A stretch of 64,000 nucleotides of DNA, taken from the NCBI RefSeq assembly GCF_009914755.1, contig NC_060946.1, one strand, 5' to 3'. Within the stretch, counting starts at the first letter, position 1, and every line of letters starts with the position of its first letter. Source of the DNA: the human T2T-CHM13v2.0 reference genome, Homo sapiens. Both the position numbers and the translations under genes were made by a program. Shown piece by piece: positions 42,440 to 55,525 of this stretch. The notes under the pieces were generated by a model. The model made no database searches, was not told where the DNA came from, and saw nothing but the letters and a program-made list of their open reading frames with translations.

Positions 42440-44100
42440 CATTACAATGTCCTTGGTCAAACCTTTTGCCCATTGGGATATTTTTCTTTATTATTTGTTA
42501 ACACATCTTTATATATTCTAGATTGAAGTTCTTTGTCAGCTACATGTGTTGCTAGTATTTTCTCTTTCCTGTTCTGTGATTACCTTGTCATTTTCTTTAT
42601 AGTTTCTTTTGAATAACAGAAATTCTTTACTTTTAGTCAAATTCATCTCTTTTCCTTTATAGTTAAGGTTTTTTGCACGTGTATCTTGTTTTAAGAAGTA
42701 TTTCTTTACCCTGAGGTTATGATGATAATAATATATTATCTTTTGAATGCTTTATAGTTTTACCTTTTATATATATATGTCAAATTCATTTAGAGTCAGC
42801 TTTGGTGTACGGAGTGTGTTAGGATCTATTTCTATTCTCTCCAGATGGCACACAATTGTCTTGGCCCTAGTTACTGAAAAGAACATGTGTTTGTTCACTG
42901 TAGCGCCACCTTTATCAGAAGAATTGATACAAGTTTTGAGTCTGTTTGTGGACTCTGCTTTCTTTTCCATTCATCTTTTTGTCTATCCCTGCATCAGTAT
43001 GATGGTCTTAATTACTATAGCTTTCCAATATGTCTTGATAAAGGATAAGTCAGTTCTTCCAATTTGTCTCTTCTTTTGTAACAGTGTTAGGACCATTTTT
43101 GGTCATTTGTATTGTTGCATAAAAGTTTTAGAATCAGTATAAATTCTACACATTTGGTCGTGTGCACATGCACATACATGTATATACCTGTACACACACA
43201 GAAAACCTCGTTTACCACTAACAAAAACAATTTAAAGCCCCCACATACTGAGTTATTCATTGAAATTGCATTGACTGAAATGAATTTGATGAGAATTGAC
43301 ATACAGTACTTAGTTTCCAACCCAAGAACATCTTATATCTGTCCGCTTATTTAGGATTATTAATTTTCAGTTTTACTCTTTTCTGTGTACTTCTTGAACT
43401 CCATTGCATGGATTTTTGTATGTATTACTTTGTTGCCATTCATTTAAAAGTGTTTTTCAATTTTTATTATAACTTCTTTTTTGACTCGTGGATTATTAGA
43501 AATTCATTTCCAAACAGTTGAGAATTGTTCAGTTATCTTTTGGAGCTTGATTTCTAGTATAAATGCATTGTGATCAAATAGCACCTACTTGATATCCTCT
43601 GTCTTATGAAATTTATTGAGACTTGATTTATGACCTAGTAATATGGTCAGTTTTTGCAAATATTCTATGTGAGCATGAAAAGCATGTCTGTTTTCCAGTA
43701 GTGGGGTATAGTAATGTTTATACATACATTAGGTCAAGTTTGTAAATGGTGGTATTTAAAACTTTTATGTTTTTACTGATATTTTTGTCTACTTTGATTT
43801 ATCAGAGAGGTATTTTAAAATGTCAACCTTTGATTATGGATTCATCTAATTTTCTTTTTCATTACATAAATTTTCCCTTTATATGTTTTGAGGTAAGGTT
43901 TTTAAGTAAAGGTGTATGATAGGTCCTGAGAAATAGTCCTGTTATCATTATGAAGTGACCCTCTTTATCTCTAAAAATGATTTTCTGCCTAATATTAATA
44001 TAGCTATCCTAGCTTGCTTTGGATTGGTATTTACATGGTACAATTTTATCAGTCCTTTTATTCTCAACCTTTCTGTCTGAGATGTGTTTCTTGTATAAAG
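42440..44100 (-). mobile_element. Old antisense L1 fragments
   Basis: Diverged L1 ORF2 reverse-complement sequence. Confidence 0.7.
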
Positions 44101-44106
44101 TATATA

Positions 44107-44390
44107 CAGTCATGTGCTACATAGTAATGTTTTGGTCAACACAGACCCATATTCAACCTTGGTCCCATAAGGCTGTAATACTGTATTTTTACTGTACCTC
44201 TTCTATGTTTAGATACACAGATACTTATCATTGTATTATAGGCACCTACAGTATTAAGTACAGTTACATGCTATACAGTTCTATAGTCTAGAAGCAGTAG
44301 GGTATACCATACCGCCTGGGTGTGTAGTAGGTTACTAGGTAATATAGCCTAGAATGTGAGTACATTCTGTGATGTTCACACAATGATGAT
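44107..44390. mobile_element. Tigger3 / MER7-type element, partial
   Basis: TA-cagtcatg terminus; ctatgtttagatacaca and gtgtgtagtagg motifs. Confidence 0.75.
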
Positions 44391-46559
44391 ATTGTCTCTA
44401 TCCCCAGTGCCACCATCCAGTCCACACTTGCATCATTGCTGGCCCTGAACTTCGGCAGTGACTTCCTAACTCATCTTTCAGTTTCTGCTCCTGCTGGGTC
44501 CAGGTGATTTTTGATTCCCCATTCATTCAGTGTCATGATCTTTGAAAACCAAAACTGGATCATTCCTCTCTGATTCTCCCACTCCCCACACCACCTTGCA
44601 TAAGCATGCCCCTGTTCACAGAGCCTCCTAGACGGCCCATCATCCTCAGAATAAGCCTAGTCTATCACATTCTAAAAGGTCCTCTTCATTTGTATCCAGT
44701 GCTGTTCTCCCCTTCTTCAGCATTCCCCAGGCACACCTACGTTTTTGTTTCCGAGAAGGATCTCAGTTCCTGCGTGAAGGCAGTCGTCCAAGCACATCTC
44801 TGCTTGTGCTCCTCCTGGGCTTGGTCATCCTCATGCTTCACACCCAGCGTTCTGTGTCTTTTCTCTCAAGTCCCAGCTGAGATAGGCCACCCGCTCCGAT
44901 CCCTGCCAAAACTTGTTCTGTTCCTTCAGCTCATCACAGGTTATTGTTAAATATGTGTGCATTTATGTCTGGATTACCCGCTGGATTGCTTCCTAAGGGC
45001 AGGGATCAAGTTTTCTGTGTTTCACCTCAATATAAATATACCATTGTCTTGCATGTAGTAGATAACCAAAAAATATTTCTTAGATAGATACCTGAATGGG
45101 AAAAGGAATGAACAAATAAATGAGCAAAGAGCAGCTTGGTGAAATATGTGTATGTGTGCGTGTGCATGTGTGTGTATTTATTTATCTGGGGGGAGAGGGT
45201 GGTTCTAAGCTCAAGAGAAATGTCTCCCATGAGTTCTTTGACTCGGGTAAATTAAGTATTCTTGGTTTGTCAGTCATATTATTTAAAATTTGGTTTAACC
45301 CATTTTTCTAGTAATTAGCACCATCCAAGTTTTATTGAATTTAATTTTAGTATTTTGTGTTAAAAAGCAATAGATATTTTGGGCATGCTGAGACTAGGAA
45401 TTAGTGCTGGTGTCGAATATCCACTAATAACACCACCACTCTTCTCTGAGCACTCTGGATAATGTCCTTCTTGGGACAGGAGTGAGGCCTGGGATGCCTT
45501 TGGATAGGAGTCTACCCGTGCCCCATGGGACATCTGCAGTCAGGACTGTATAGAACATTCCACTTTTGTCGGCCACCCTACGGGTTAGGAAATCCAAACT
45601 GGCCTGTCAGAGCAGATTAGAAGCAAAAACTGCCCCACAGTAGGGGATGGGGCTGGAAGGGTTCCTTTTCCGTTTCTTGGAGGTAGCTTTTAGAGACCAC
45701 CAGGGATTTCCAAATCCAGGGAAAAGGCACCAGCTACAAGGGGAAGCTTAACTCTGAAGGACCGCCCTGACTGCTGCCTCCTCAGGGACACGAGCCCAAC
45801 TAGTGCCCAGCTGTTCACTCGCCCAACTCACTTTTGGGTCACCCACAGTAATGACACAGTAGCCAATGCCATCGGAAAATTCCAGCTCCGCTACCACAGA
45901 GGCAATTTCTTATTTGTCAGTTTATTGTGGGATTTTTTGTTGTTGTTGTTTCCAAATAGAAACAGCTGAACTTTATTTGAAGTGTTTTTTCTTTCATTCT
46001 TTTTTGATCTGTGTTTTGATCGGTTGTCCTTGATGTGGGTTTGTTTTTTTTTTTTCATATTGTTTTTACTAGGGGGAGGGTGTGGGGACAGGGATAGAAT
46101 GAGAGTCCAGACTGGGTTGTTTTGGGTTTTTTTGTTTTTTTCTTTTTTCTTCCTTTCTTCATTTCTTTTTTTTTTTTTTAATGGAAACACCTAATTTGTA
46201 AGAAAACAAAATTCACTTCTGTACAGAAATGTAAGAGTTTATAGGAATAATCACTGAACAGTAGTTTTCCCGGTAATCCTATGTTGAGGAAGAATGGCAC
46301 AGTGGCAAGGGCATCAGTCCTGTGGCCAGGCAGACCCACACTCAAGTTCTGCCACCCCTTAATTTCCGAGCATTGCACTCTATCTCTCTAAGTTTTAGCT
46401 TTGTCTGTAGAATGGGACCTACCCCAACAGGGTTATAGTGAGTGTGAAATGTTATCATGCCTATAAAGTGCCCAGAAATAGTTTCTCAACAAATAAGTGT
46501 TTTTGTACAAATATCCTATGTAGCTATTCATTCCTATAAGAAAGGTAAATTTTCGTCTG

Positions 46560-48185
46560 TGATTGCACTGTGGGTCAGTGGTGAAACTCAAATAATATCA
46601 CCGAACAGAATAGAATCCAGAAACAGATTCACCCACAGTCAACAAAGGCCTCACTGAAGTTCACTGAGAAAAGGATGGTTTTTCTCATAAATGGTGCTGG
46701 ACCAATTTAATGTCCATAGTGGGGAAAACATGACCTGGGAATCCTAACTCACACCATTCAGAAATGTCAATTCTAGTTGAATTTATAGACCTCAGTGTGA
46801 ATGGTAAAACAAAAGAGCTTCTAGAAGAATCACAGATGACTTTGGTTATTATCTTGGATTGGGCAAGCGTTTCTTAAGGCACACAAAGGCTAACTTAAAA
46901 ACACTAACTGTAAGAGAAAGACTTTGAAACGATGTTTGCGTTACATATATCTGACAGAGGATAAGGACTTCTACAAAACAACAAGGAAAAGAAACAATTC
47001 AGTTTTTAAAAATGACTCAAGACTTGCATGCCACTTCACAAGAGAAGAAATCCAAATGGTTAGTAAGCATATGGAATGAATTCAGCATCAGTAGTCATCA
47101 GGGAAATGCAAATTTAATCCACAACAAGTAACCACTAGACCCCACCAGAATGGCTAATTTAAAAGCCCCAACAATACTCAGTGATGGCAAGGATATGAAG
47201 CAGCCTGAACTAATACATGATGGTGGGATGTAAATAGGAAGAATTGCTTTGGAAAGCTTTTTGGTTGGGAATGTCTGCTAACATTAAACATACAGCTATC
47301 CTGTGAATCAGCAGTTCCACTCTAGTATATCCCCAAAGAGAAATGCAGATACATGTTTATTAGAAGAGGAGTCCTCATCCCCTCAGCCGCAGACCTGGTA
47401 CTGGGCAGCACAGCTGGAGGTGAGCAAGCATCAATCACCACCTGAGCTCCGTCTCCGGTGAGATCAGCAGGAGGTGAGTGAGCATCAGTCACCACCTGAG
47501 CTCCGTCTCCCGTCAGATCAGTGGCGGCATTAGATTCTCATAGGAGCGTGAACCCTATTGTGAGCTGCACATGTGAGGGATCTAGGTTGCATGCTCCTTA
47601 TGAGAATCTAGCTAATGCCTGATGATTTGAGGTGGAACAGTTTCATCTGAAACCACACACCCCCATCCGTCCTGGAAAAATTGTCTTCCATGAAACAAGT
47701 CCCTGGTGCCAAAAAGGTTGGGGACTGCTGCATTAGGAGACACGTGCAAGAATGCTCACAGCAGCCTTATTCTTCAGAGCCCCAAAGTAGAAATAACCCA
47801 GATGTGCAGTAGTGGAATAGGTAGTTAAATTGTGGTGTGTTCATGTCATGGAATACCATACGGCAGTAAAGAGGAGTGAACTGCTATGTGTAACACATGG
47901 ATGAATCTCACTAGCATGATACTGAGTGAAAGAAGCCAGATTCAAAAAGACCATGTACTGTACAGTTCATCTACCTGAAGTTCAGGAACAGGCAGGATTC
48001 ATCTATGGTAATAGAAGTCAGAATAATAGTTACGTGGGGTAGAAGGGTAGGGATTGGCAGGGGAGGAGGATGCTGGACATGTTTTCAGTCTTCCTGTGGT
48101 GGGGAGTCACATGGAAGTACACGTGAAAGAACTTACCTAAGATGAGCAGTGCAGGTAGGACATTCTGCTGCACTCGTATTAAAAT
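46560..48185 (+). mobile_element. L1M 3' part with nested MER1B
   Basis: L1 ORF2 C-terminal and 3'UTR motifs. Confidence 0.8.
47366..47730 (+). mobile_element. MER1B (hAT-Charlie) with an internal 54-bp tandem duplication
   Basis: gcattagattctcataggagcgtgaaccctattgtg core; end gccaaaaaggttggggactgctg; degenerate 8-bp TSD tattagaa/cattagga. Confidence 0.88.
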
Positions 48186-48678
48186 TGTTTAAATCATTTA
48201 TTGAGTGCTTTTGGTATGCCAAATCCTGTGCTACATTTTCAGAACAGTTCTCTTTGGGTTTTTCTGTTTTGTTTTCACTTTTTTCCTTTCCCTCCCTCCC
48301 TCCCTCCTTCCCTGCCTTCCTTCCTTCCTTTTTCATGGTGTCACTGGAAGAGTCCTCTTTGTTGGAAAAAATTGTTTCCATTTTACAAGTGAGAAAACTA
48401 AAGCTCTTGAGAGTTAAAGTAGCTGGTCCAAGCTCTCCTGGCTTGTGATGGGACCAGGGTGTAAACCCAGCTTTCTCTCACTCCAAGGCTTTGGTCCTAA
48501 TTCAGACGTTTAAACTCCACACAGGTCCTTCATCCATGTAAAGGATGAATGTCAGTGTTTCTTTCCATTGTAATTCCTTGAGGGACAGGTGACTATACAT
48601 CTGTGTTGGATACAAAATCTTTCATTAATCCTACTGAGCATCTAGCACGTAGTAACCACTCAATAAAATTCACTGTCT

Positions 48679-48988
48679 GGCCAGGCGCGGTGGCTCCTGC
48701 CTGTAATCCTAGCACTTTGGGAGGCTGAGGTGTGTGCATCACTTGAGGTCAGGAGTTTGAGACCAGCCTAGTCAACATGGTGAAACTGTCTCTCCTAAAA
48801 ATACAAAAAAAAAATTCGCTAGGCGTGGTGGCACGCACCCTTAGTCCCAGCTACTCGGGAGGCTGAGGCAGGAGAATCGCTTGAACCTGCAAGGCGCAGG
48901 TTGTAGTGAGCTGAGATTGTGTCATTGGCACGCCAGCCTGGGTGTTGCAGCAAGACTCTATCTAAAAAATAAAAATAAATAAATAAAA
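48679..48988 (+). mobile_element. AluS
   Basis: Full dimer; TSD aaaattcactg. Confidence 0.95.
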
Positions 48989-50023
48989 ATTCACTGCCCT
49001 ATTTTGATCTTAGATCATAATCAGGAGAAAGTGCTGAGCACTGAGATAGTAGCTCCTTGGGAAACAGATACCTCTCCCGTTTCCTCTCTTTCCTCCTTTT
49101 AGACTTCGGTCATGTATGTCTTCCTCTCAGAGTTCTTTCTAGATCCCTTCAGTGAGCTGAGTGCCTCCATTTGGCGTGTTATAGTTGGGTTGGGTGGCTG
49201 TGCCTCTCCCTGAACATGACACACCAGAATACCCAGATATGTAACCTTTCCCCCAAGGAAAGTTTATCCCAGGTGGGAACTATGTCATCTTGTTCCTGTA
49301 CCCTGAGTGCATTCCCAACATTGGACCCTGTGAACCCAGGGGACTGTTTCCAAAATGTGCTCCAAAGCATATTTTGTCTATAGTATCTTAATAGGTAATA
49401 TACGGGAGAAGCCTTCTTTTAATAAAATGTGAGAAAGCCTGTGTGAAGCAGATGTTCTGGCTTGCAGAACCTCGTGGAGTCTTTATTAGTCACATGTGCA
49501 TTTTGGAGCTTCCATTTGGGAAATTCTGAACTGTAGTGCCACATCTTTGGGAATGCAGGAATCTTAGAATAAATGTAGGAACATGTTCTGTTCTGTACTC
49601 TTCTTGGTGGAGAATCTAGCGTGGTATCAGGCCTGCCAAACAGCAGCCGGAAGGAGGCTCCTCAGGGAAGTGTCTTAAACACCTCGAGATGGCGCAGCTG
49701 GCTAGGCTCGGTGTGGTTTGTAAAAGATAGCAATGAATTTCCATGCCAGGAGCGCCTGCTCTGTGTTCACAAAGCAGTGTGTGTCTGCTTTAATATCTCA
49801 TTTTGGCCATCCTGACGTTTGTTTGATGCAGTGAATGACTAGGACATCTTCCTGCCAAAGCCAGCCTTTCTTCCTCTGGAGGGGCGGCCTCTCTTCCGCT
49901 GATTTCTACATTCTCAGGATTAAACAGCTTATAAGCACTATGTGTTAATTGTTCAGTTATTGAAAACCCATTAGTGCTGTTTTGCTTTTAAGAGAGAATC
50001 TTTTTGGTATGGCTTCCCATTGA

Positions 50024-50335
<312 letters not shown>

Positions 50336-51888
50336 TAATTTTTTTTTTTTTAAGTTGTATAGTAATTCTCCCACCCTCAGCTAGTGTGATTTATCTGCGT
50401 AAACCAGATCAATGAAGACAAACAAGTGCACACACAGAAGGTGATTTCACAGGTGAGCAGAGGCCTCCCAGGGCCCTGTATGAGTGAAGGGAGCTGATTG
50501 CCGGGTGCAGGACTGTGAGATGAATTGGTGATGCTCCCAGCCCAGACCAGTAAGAGCAGCCCACCGCCACCAACTGCCTCCACTACACAGATGCAGGAGT
50601 CACCATTCAAACAGACTCATCCCTAGTGAAAGAGTGAGGGGGACCTGCTTTAGCCAGCTCTCCTAGTACCTTAGCAACGGGCTCCCAGGGTGAGAAGCTG
50701 GAAGTTGGAGAAAGACATGCTGGAATGCATAAGCTTTCAGAAAAGAGACTTCCTTTCCTCGCTCAGGTATCTTGGCAGGTAGTCAAACTGTTTTAAAATG
50801 AGACTGTACAAGTAAATATTCCAAGTTGTGCTCCTTCAGGTTTTGTCTACTCAGCTTTTGGTTTTGTGCCTCTCATTTTCTTACACCTCCAGAATCACAG
50901 AGGCTAGAAGCTAAAGCTGTGTCAGCACACTGGGAGTTTTACAGTGTACGGATTGGCAGACAGCCTGGCTTCTTTCCAGGGCATTAACAGTTATGCACTT
51001 GTGTGTCTTTAGAGCCATGGTCACTGCGTCCCTCTCTCTGCCTCAGGCCTCTGTGTTCCTGCAGGCCAGTGCCTTGCGTTTGTCCTGCCAAGCCTGGTTG
51101 CTCAGCTCTCCCTGGCTCTCAGGAGTCAAAGCGCATCTGGTTCTGCTTGTCTGGTTTACCTGTGTTAAAAGCAAGACTCTTCATGCTTATTCTCACATCA
51201 GTCAGAAGACGCCAGCCTGTTGTTTTTCAGAGCGAGGTTCTCAGTGTGAGCCATGTGGGCGGTCCTTTTTGGTTTGAAGGTGACCACCCTCGCTTTCAGC
51301 GGACCGGGGCAGGGATCAGGGATCAACAGCCTGGGGCAGGGATCAGGGATCAGGGGGCAGGGATCATCACGCAGGAAGCTGTGTGAAAGAGGTGTGGGAA
51401 GCTGCTTCCCTGGACTTGCTCTCGGTTACTTCAGCTGCCTGTCTGCTGCGTTTTCCCAAGCGTGCTTCTCAGTGGTTGCTGTTAATGTTCTAAGGGCCAC
51501 CATGTAACATTTATTTGAAAACAGAAACAAAACCGTATGTGGACACTGATTGCCTGTTCCTAAGGACCTGCTCCTTAGAGCCAAGCCCCGTGACTGATGC
51601 AGGCTGATGGCAGCATCCTGGGGCCTGACCTTGGTGCACTGTGTCTCTGGCTTCTTTGCATGCCTAAAACTTGCGTAGTCTGACACGTAGGGAAAACATG
51701 AGAAATCCATGCCTAAATAATTTCACCTTAATCGTCACTATTCTAGACCAGTTGTAAGCTTACTAGCTTAAGAAAGTATTTTAAATTTAGAAGCTACATG
51801 CAATACTTGTTTTTCAAAATTGTTTACTCAAACAGTACATTTAACAGAGTAGCCATCCTGCATTCCTCCTGGTTTCTCTGTAGTATGA

Positions 51889-51957
51889 AGAATAGAATAG
51901 AAAATAGAATAGAATAGAATAGAATAGAATAGAATAGAATAGAATAGAATAGAATAG
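51889..51957 (+). repeat. (AGAAT)2 AGAAAAT (AGAAT)10 AG microsatellite, i.e. ATTCT on the minus strand
   Basis: Counted directly; perfect run at 51906-51955. Confidence 0.97.
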
Positions 51958-53941
51958 GCTTTTATAATTCTTAACTTTGTATTTTAGAAATTTTGTATCT
52001 GATGTATAAGATCAGATCATAAGCCTAAAGTAGCCTAAAGTATCAGCTCAAAATCCACATGCCTGATGGTTTCCTTCAAATGCTGCCTCTGTGGGTAGGA
52101 AGCACACTCTGATTCCACTGAGCCTGTCTCTGCACGGAACGAACACAAAGTTCGGTAGTCACAGGACACCCTTGCCGTGCTGCATAATGATGTCTCACTC
52201 TGTCCCCAGGTGGCTTTACCAAGCCACATCACTGACGTATTCATTGTAGTTGACTCAGAACCACTAGGGCACTTCTGTGATCACAGCAGTCCCATGCAGG
52301 AAGCTTTACCTTCAGGAAAGCTGCTGGATTGAGACTGGAGGGAAGTGTGACTGCCTGTGCATGAAGTGCTGAGATGAGTTCTTGGCCTGTGGTCTGTGCT
52401 TGTATACATTATTATTATCATTTAATGTATGTATTTTCTTATGAAGTTAATTATTTGCCAATTTTTCTTTTTGCATTAGATTAATTAAAAACAGCAGTGA
52501 CTTTTGGATACGTTGAGAAAGTTAATACCTTTTTAAATTGCGAAACTTAAATACCATTGCCACACAGATTATATATTTTGTGAGACACTTGAGAGACTGG
52601 GTAGCCAAAGTTTGGCATAAAGGAACATGTTCCAGTAACCCTGATAATTGTCAGGATTTTTGTCTAAAAAGACCTTAGTCACATTTAGCAGTGACCAAGG
52701 GCCTGGTCAAAACGTGAGTGTGTCACAGCCATTCAGCACTGTTGGACTGTAACTCCTGGGCTGTTTTATTTTGAGATGATCATTTCTATCAGGATCAGGA
52801 AGTGTTCTATTCTCTGTACCAGTTATTCTAGGACCAATACATTAAAAAGCAAAAACGTATTGGGCCTGTTGGATTCTGTGAAGGGTTCTTCGAAGGAAAA
52901 TCTCTAATGGGACTTATAAGCAGGCACTCATTTCCTTATCCAGGAAATGAAAAGGCCGTGTGCTACGGTGGGACCACCAACCTAAGGAAGATGCAAGCTC
53001 TGATCACCGTCTAGTTGGAGAAACAGGCCATTGTGATAATACAGGACAGAACGCTAAGGGGTGGTAGAAGAAAGGATGGCCTACTCAGAGGCTCTGACCC
53101 AACCTGCACATCTCTCATTTGTGTTTCTTCTAATGATAAGTGACTTGGACTCTGAGCAACTTGGAGGGAATTCAGAGGTCTGCTTTTCTGCCTGGAGTTG
53201 ACTGCTTCTTATGGAGTGAGATGGGGTGGCTGGAGGAAAAGGGAAGCCTCTGGCTGCTTTGGGCTTTCTGATCCTTGTGGTTTTGTAGATCCACATTATC
53301 CCTTCATTGGAGAAAGTATAAAAATAAAGCTAACTTTTAGATGTGCTCACCTTTTCAACTCTTACCATTCTTTAGTCTTAAAATCTTCATTGAGGTCAAG
53401 ACAAAAGATGTTGGACCCCGTGGCCGCAGGCATTGCCAGGGTGGTTTGCTTACCCCGGCCATCCCAACAATGGTGGTTGGTTTTTGTGAGCTGCCGGGAA
53501 AGTCGTCTTGGGGAATGGACAGACCTTTTCTTCAGGGTTAACTGAGCACAGCCGAAAACAGGCCCTGTGCTGTGAAAGAGCCTCAGTGGTGGACAGAAGC
53601 CAGGGAAAAGCACGAATAGAAATGGTTCGAGTTTCTATGAGAAGGACCCAGCCTTGCCTTTAAGATTTTTCACCTGAATATGACGAGACTTAACTTTTAC
53701 AAGAGAGTCTTGCCTTCGTCTTTGGAAAATGACCTAACTTTAACATTCTCCAAGAAGCTCAGAGAATGATGACTCTGTCAGATTCAGATAGAGATGTGCA
53801 CTTTCTGACTGAAGATAGGAAAAGCCTGTAGAAAAGTCAAAATATTTTCCCAGTTTTTTGAGAGAAGCCAAAGTGTATCAGAATCAAAACTACTTCCTTT
53901 GTGTTTCTCTCCTAAAGCACTTGTAGAAACGAGTACAATTA

Positions 53942-54072
53942 CCAGGCATAGTGGCTCACGCCTCCCAGCTATTCAGGAGGCTGAGGCAGGAGGATCGCTT
54001 GAGCCTGGGAGTTTGAGAGCAGCCTGGGCAACTTAGTGAGACCCGTCTCTTTAAAAAAAAAAAAAAAAAAAA
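53942..54072 (+). mobile_element. FLAM monomer
   Basis: Single monomer plus poly(A). Confidence 0.85.
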
Positions 54073-55218
54073 CGAACCTAGCACAGTTTCCTCCAGGCAT
54101 AATTAGGAAGCACCAGGAAATCCTAATGGGTTTTCAAGAAGAAAATGATGATTGTGAAAGACCCCAACCTCCTCTCCCTGCTAGGTTTCTGATGCAGAAA
54201 AAGCAAGTCAGGCATCTGAGCTGGGAAGGCACTGCACATCATGGTGACATTTGTGAGTCTATATCCAGGATAAAAATTATTTGTTCAGTTATATGTGTTG
54301 AAATAGTCTCTCTCATCCATCTTAGTACCTCATGGTGTCTTATTTCATTGAGGTATAACTTACATATAGTAAACTGCAAGTTTTAAGTATACATCTTGAC
54401 ATTTAGGGGCTGTATTTCTTGGTGCTGTCTACCTGATGCAACCTGTGAACTGCATTTGGCAGATCCCCCTCACACTTCAGGTCTCACTTCAGTCATCCTA
54501 GTTTTTTTAAAACTTCTTGTTTTTATTTTGAAATGTAACGTGCATACTGAAAAGTGAAGCCAATATATATGTATACACTTGGCAAATAATTATAAAGCAG
54601 ACATCCACATACCAACACTCAGGTCGAGAGGCAAAAACACTGCCAGCCTTCCCTGAGGAATCCATCTAGTCCTCCGCTGGCCTGACCAGCACCAGGCCTT
54701 CCCTGCTCTTCCCCATCATCAGCTCCAGAGTGTGTCTAAACCATGTCTGGTAGATTGGCCGTCTTTGAAGTTCATATAAACGGAATCATAGCCTGCATTC
54801 TTTTGTTTCCTGTCATTCAAAATCATGACTCTGAGATTCACCAAAATTGTGTTTGGTCTATTTTATAGCATTTCATTGCAAGAAATTTTAACATTTTTGC
54901 ATTCTACTGTTGGTGGATATTTGTCATATTTCCACTTTGGGGCTATTACAGTTATTGTTGTGAGCATCTTGGTACATACAGTGCATGTGTCCTGCTACAC
55001 ATATGTGTGGGTGTTTTTCTAGGCATGGGATTTCTGGGCTTCAGGGCATGTATATCTTTATCTTAGATGATGCCAAACTCTTCAGAGTAGTGGTACCTGT
55101 TTTCCATCAGCAGTATATGAAAGCTCCTTTCACTCTGCCTTCTTGCCAACACTTGATGCAGTCAGACCTCGTAATATTTGCCATTCTGAGGAATATAATA
55201 TGTTGTGATTTTATTTGA

Positions 55219-55525
<307 letters not shown>

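Noticed and set aside
45930-46180. T-rich tract giving Lys- and Phe-rich ORFs
   Set aside because: Low-complexity sequence with no identifiable retrocopy or RNA gene.
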